This document shows positions 62,410 to 64,000 of a DNA stretch of 64,000 bases, piece by piece. The DNA lies in assembly GCF_009914755.1 (NCBI RefSeq), contig NC_060947.1; one strand, written 5' to 3'. Source of the stretch: the human T2T-CHM13v2.0 reference genome, Homo sapiens. A program made the position numbers and the translations under genes. How positions within the stretch are numbered: the stretch's first letter is position 1; every line of letters begins with the position of its first letter. Under the pieces are notes generated by a model. It was not told the DNA's origin, made no database searches, and saw only the letters and a list, made by a program, of their open reading frames with translations.

Positions 62410-63136
62410 GCTAGTAGAGAGAAAATTGTTGTGAAAAAGATCATTCTTTATGTCTATTGACATAAAATAGCATTAAAAGACAAGGACATGTATGCAAAGA
62501 CATTCTGACTTGAAGAGAGATGCAAAGTAGTGGTATATAGGAACATTTTACTAAGGAGACAGCAGAAGCTCCAATATAAAAAAGAAATGTCCAGATAAAT
62601 TATTTCAGATATTCTCATGAGATAAACTCTACTTTTGAAATAAAAGCTGAACTGAATGGTGTATGGTCTTCTGTGCCCTTTGCACATCATTCATGTGTGA
62701 TAAATAGCACAACAGCCCAGGGCAAAAGCAGCTAATGCAATCTCTTGGAAATGTTGTTTCTTATTTAGTCTACTTCTCTACCTTCAAGAATCTTAATAGA
62801 AATTTTCAGTTTTATTACATATATTCTAGATCTGGTGTCTGAAGAACATCAAAAAGGTATATTGTTGGAGACAAAATTTCTTTTAAAACAGAATAAAGAA
62901 ACCCCAGATGACTGATGGAGAATGCCCAGAGGTACATTCTGGAATGAATTCTATGTTATCTACCAAATAGGTCTACACACATACACATATAACATAAATT
63001 CAGGATATCAACAAAATGTTTAAATGTATGTAAAATTATTTTTCTATGAAGTAAATATGTATATTTAATAATTAAATATGTTGATACTAATTACAGGTCT
63101 TTTCAGAGACTATTTTAATAGTGTTTTTTTTTTCTC

Positions 63137-63367
63137 CAGGGGACTATAAATTATAATTTTTTTCTATAGAAGACAGGAGAGCAAATATTTTAGCCTTCAC
63201 AGGACATACGAATTGTATTGTAACTAGTCAAGTCTGCTATTATGTTGTGAAAGCAGTCACAGACAATACATAAGTAAATGGAAGTGGCTCTGTTCCAATA
63301 AAATTTTACTTACAAAAACAGGCAATGGACTCAATTTGACCCACTACTGGAATTTGCTGATGTCTGC
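63137..63367. mobile_element. MER58A hAT element
   Basis: GAAAGCAGTCACAGACAATACATAAGTAAATGGAAGTGGCTCTGTTCCAATAAAATTTTACTTACAAAAACAGG. Confidence 0.8.
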
Positions 63368-64000
63368 CCTAGATTATCTGTCCACATAACATTCTTCATT
63401 GTGGAGTGCAGATTTATTTCTTTTGAAGCTGTGGTTCCAGGAATACAGAATGCTGCAGTCAGATTTTTATTTTAACCTCCAAACTCTTTCAATAAATAGC
63501 TCAGAACCTTCTCCAGTAATAACCCAGAGAAGTGATTATGTATAGGACCTATTTACAATCTTTATTTTTTTCACATTGCTTTAGTGTCTTATAATTATCT
63601 CCCCCCCCCGCCCTTTTTTTCACCTTCCTTGCAAATTTGTACTGCAAAGGCTGCTATCTTTTATGAAATTTCTAGTGAGGGAATTTTCAGTCTCTACACT
63701 TAATCAAAAGTTGAACAACCATGGTTATTCTCAATAGTCACTGTACATGTTTATACAAATGCGTGAGTGATTCAACATGATTTATGTGAATCCATGTGTC
63801 TGGTTACCCAGGACAAGTTTCTCTCTGTCTACTTCCTCTATGTTACAGACTCTCCTGTCTGCCATGAGCACTCATCTGAACAAGGTGTTAATTATACTGT
63901 ATTTCCATACTACTTTTAGAGGATAGGAAAGCCTCCTTTAAGCAGAAGTCAATGGCTCTACCTTTCGTCTTGCAAATTAATTATTAGAATAATGCTAGTG

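Overview
AT-rich primate genomic DNA (hominid-like, judged by a young L1PA2-type LINE, AluY and MER11). It is probably intergenic or deep intronic. I find no supportable protein-coding gene, RNA gene or CRISPR array; the ORFs I can assign derive from repeats or low-complexity sequence, and the rest are short with no recognisable homology. The window holds about 28 Alu/FLAM pieces, a heavily decayed ERV-L provirus (gag-pro-RT-RNaseH-IN-dUTPase, minus strand, ~2.35-8.5 kb) carrying at least five nested insertions, four co-oriented LTR54-like solo LTRs, four LTR1/27/28-group solo LTRs, a MER11 solo LTR, a full-length THE1, two MST LTRs, L1/L2/MIR and MER DNA-transposon relics, and many microsatellites. 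The most unusual structures are an apparent Alu-mediated 3' transduction bounded by a 14-bp TSD (11463-11983), a 5'-inverted L1 that lacks ~1.26 kb including the whole RT domain, a tail-less 48-nt Alu fragment between 18-bp direct repeats, the local LTR54 cluster, and several templated-insertion scars. Repeat family names come from my recall of consensus sequences, not from a database search, and boundaries of old elements are approximate.
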